The position numbers were made by a program, and so were the translations under genes. Below the pieces are notes generated by a model. The model did no database searches. It was not told the origin of the DNA and was given only the letters and a program-made list of their open reading frames with translations. A DNA stretch of 63,970 nucleotides, the filler included, from Reticulomyxa filosa (taxonomy: Eukaryota > Protista > Foraminifera), in the NCBI GenBank assembly GCA_000512085.1. It is 27 parts of 27 records of this genome, joined end to end, with 100 filler letters (N's around TTAATTAATTAA, not from the genome) between each part and the next. Parts side by side here need not be neighbours in the genome. Positions count along the whole stretch, not along the records: positions 62,192 to 63,970 come from ASPP01019030.1; 26 more parts are not named here. One strand, 5' to 3'. Shown piece by piece: positions 63,560 through 63,970 of the stretch (within the stretch, counting starts at the first letter, position 1; each line of letters starts with the position of its first letter).

Positions 63560-63970
63560 ATGCATTCAATATTCACACATATACATCAGACAGTCGGCGT
63601 CTTTTACGTGGTAACCAAATGGTGCGACAATTATTGGAATTGGTCCAGCCTGAGCAATACTATTATTGCAACAATGACAATCGCACAGCCCTGTCTGGCA
63701 TCAACGACAGAGGCAACGTCGACAACGTGAGAGAAGCCTTCAAAACTTTGGAATTCAATGAATCTATTATCGCATCGTGGCAGGTATTTTACACATTGGT
63801 AATGTTTAGTTTGAACAAGTCCAATCCAATTACGCCGATGACCTTCGAAAGTCAAACATCGCTCTCCTTTAGCGGTCGACGCAAGTGAACTCGAAAAAGG
63901 TGTCACTTATAAGGTACTCGTTATGACTGGCAACAAGATGTGCAAAAAGGATTAAATCCGGGTTTGCACG
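63560..63970 (+). pseudogene. Myosin motor-domain pseudogene fragment
   Basis: PEQYYYCN..LSGINDRGNVDNVREAFKTLEF, shifted AGILHIGNV*F (stop at 63807), VDASELEKGVTYK. Confidence 0.75.

Noticed and set aside
1-63970. tRNA, rRNA or telomeric repeats
   Set aside because: None recognised by eye. (TTGA)n at 1594 is intronic. tRNAscan-SE or Infernal would be needed to exclude small RNAs.

Overview
This window is not one locus. It is a pseudo-scaffold of 27 short contig pieces joined by 26 identical artificial 100-nt spacers (N44-TTAATTAATTAA-N44), so adjacency across spacers means nothing. Most pieces come from an AT-rich, intron-containing protist. The gene families (RING/TRAF and WD40 expansions, HEAT-repeat pseudogenes, long A/T homopolymers) strongly resemble the foraminiferan Reticulomyxa filosa, which is an inference. 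Recognisable eukaryotic genes: a UBL-domain protein, a BAR-like protein, a SPRY protein, RTF2, a CAMK-group kinase, a DUSP, a Rab, a TMEM184/OSTalpha protein, CCT6, RMC1, a 2OG-Fe(II) oxygenase, RAD54, a deoxynucleoside kinase, a thioredoxin-like protein and NUP205. There are also decayed copies of eRF1, an RNF213-like gene, a HEAT-repeat gene and myosin. Two contigs (8477-10420 and 10521-12594) are bacterial and Rickettsiales-like: tag, HU, dut and aroK, plus three genes cut by IS ends (esterase, TlpA-like, metC). The main leads are: (1) a genome-eroding endosymbiont with IS1 and IS5 elements; (2) introns with poly-A instead of a polypyrimidine tract at the 3' splice site, often with a poly-T tract upstream; (3) a ~1.5 kb non-coding element with long inverted repeats; (4) an RNF213-like relic; (5) an abrupt GC-to-AT switch inside one open frame. 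All family calls are by-eye motif recognition; no database search was run.
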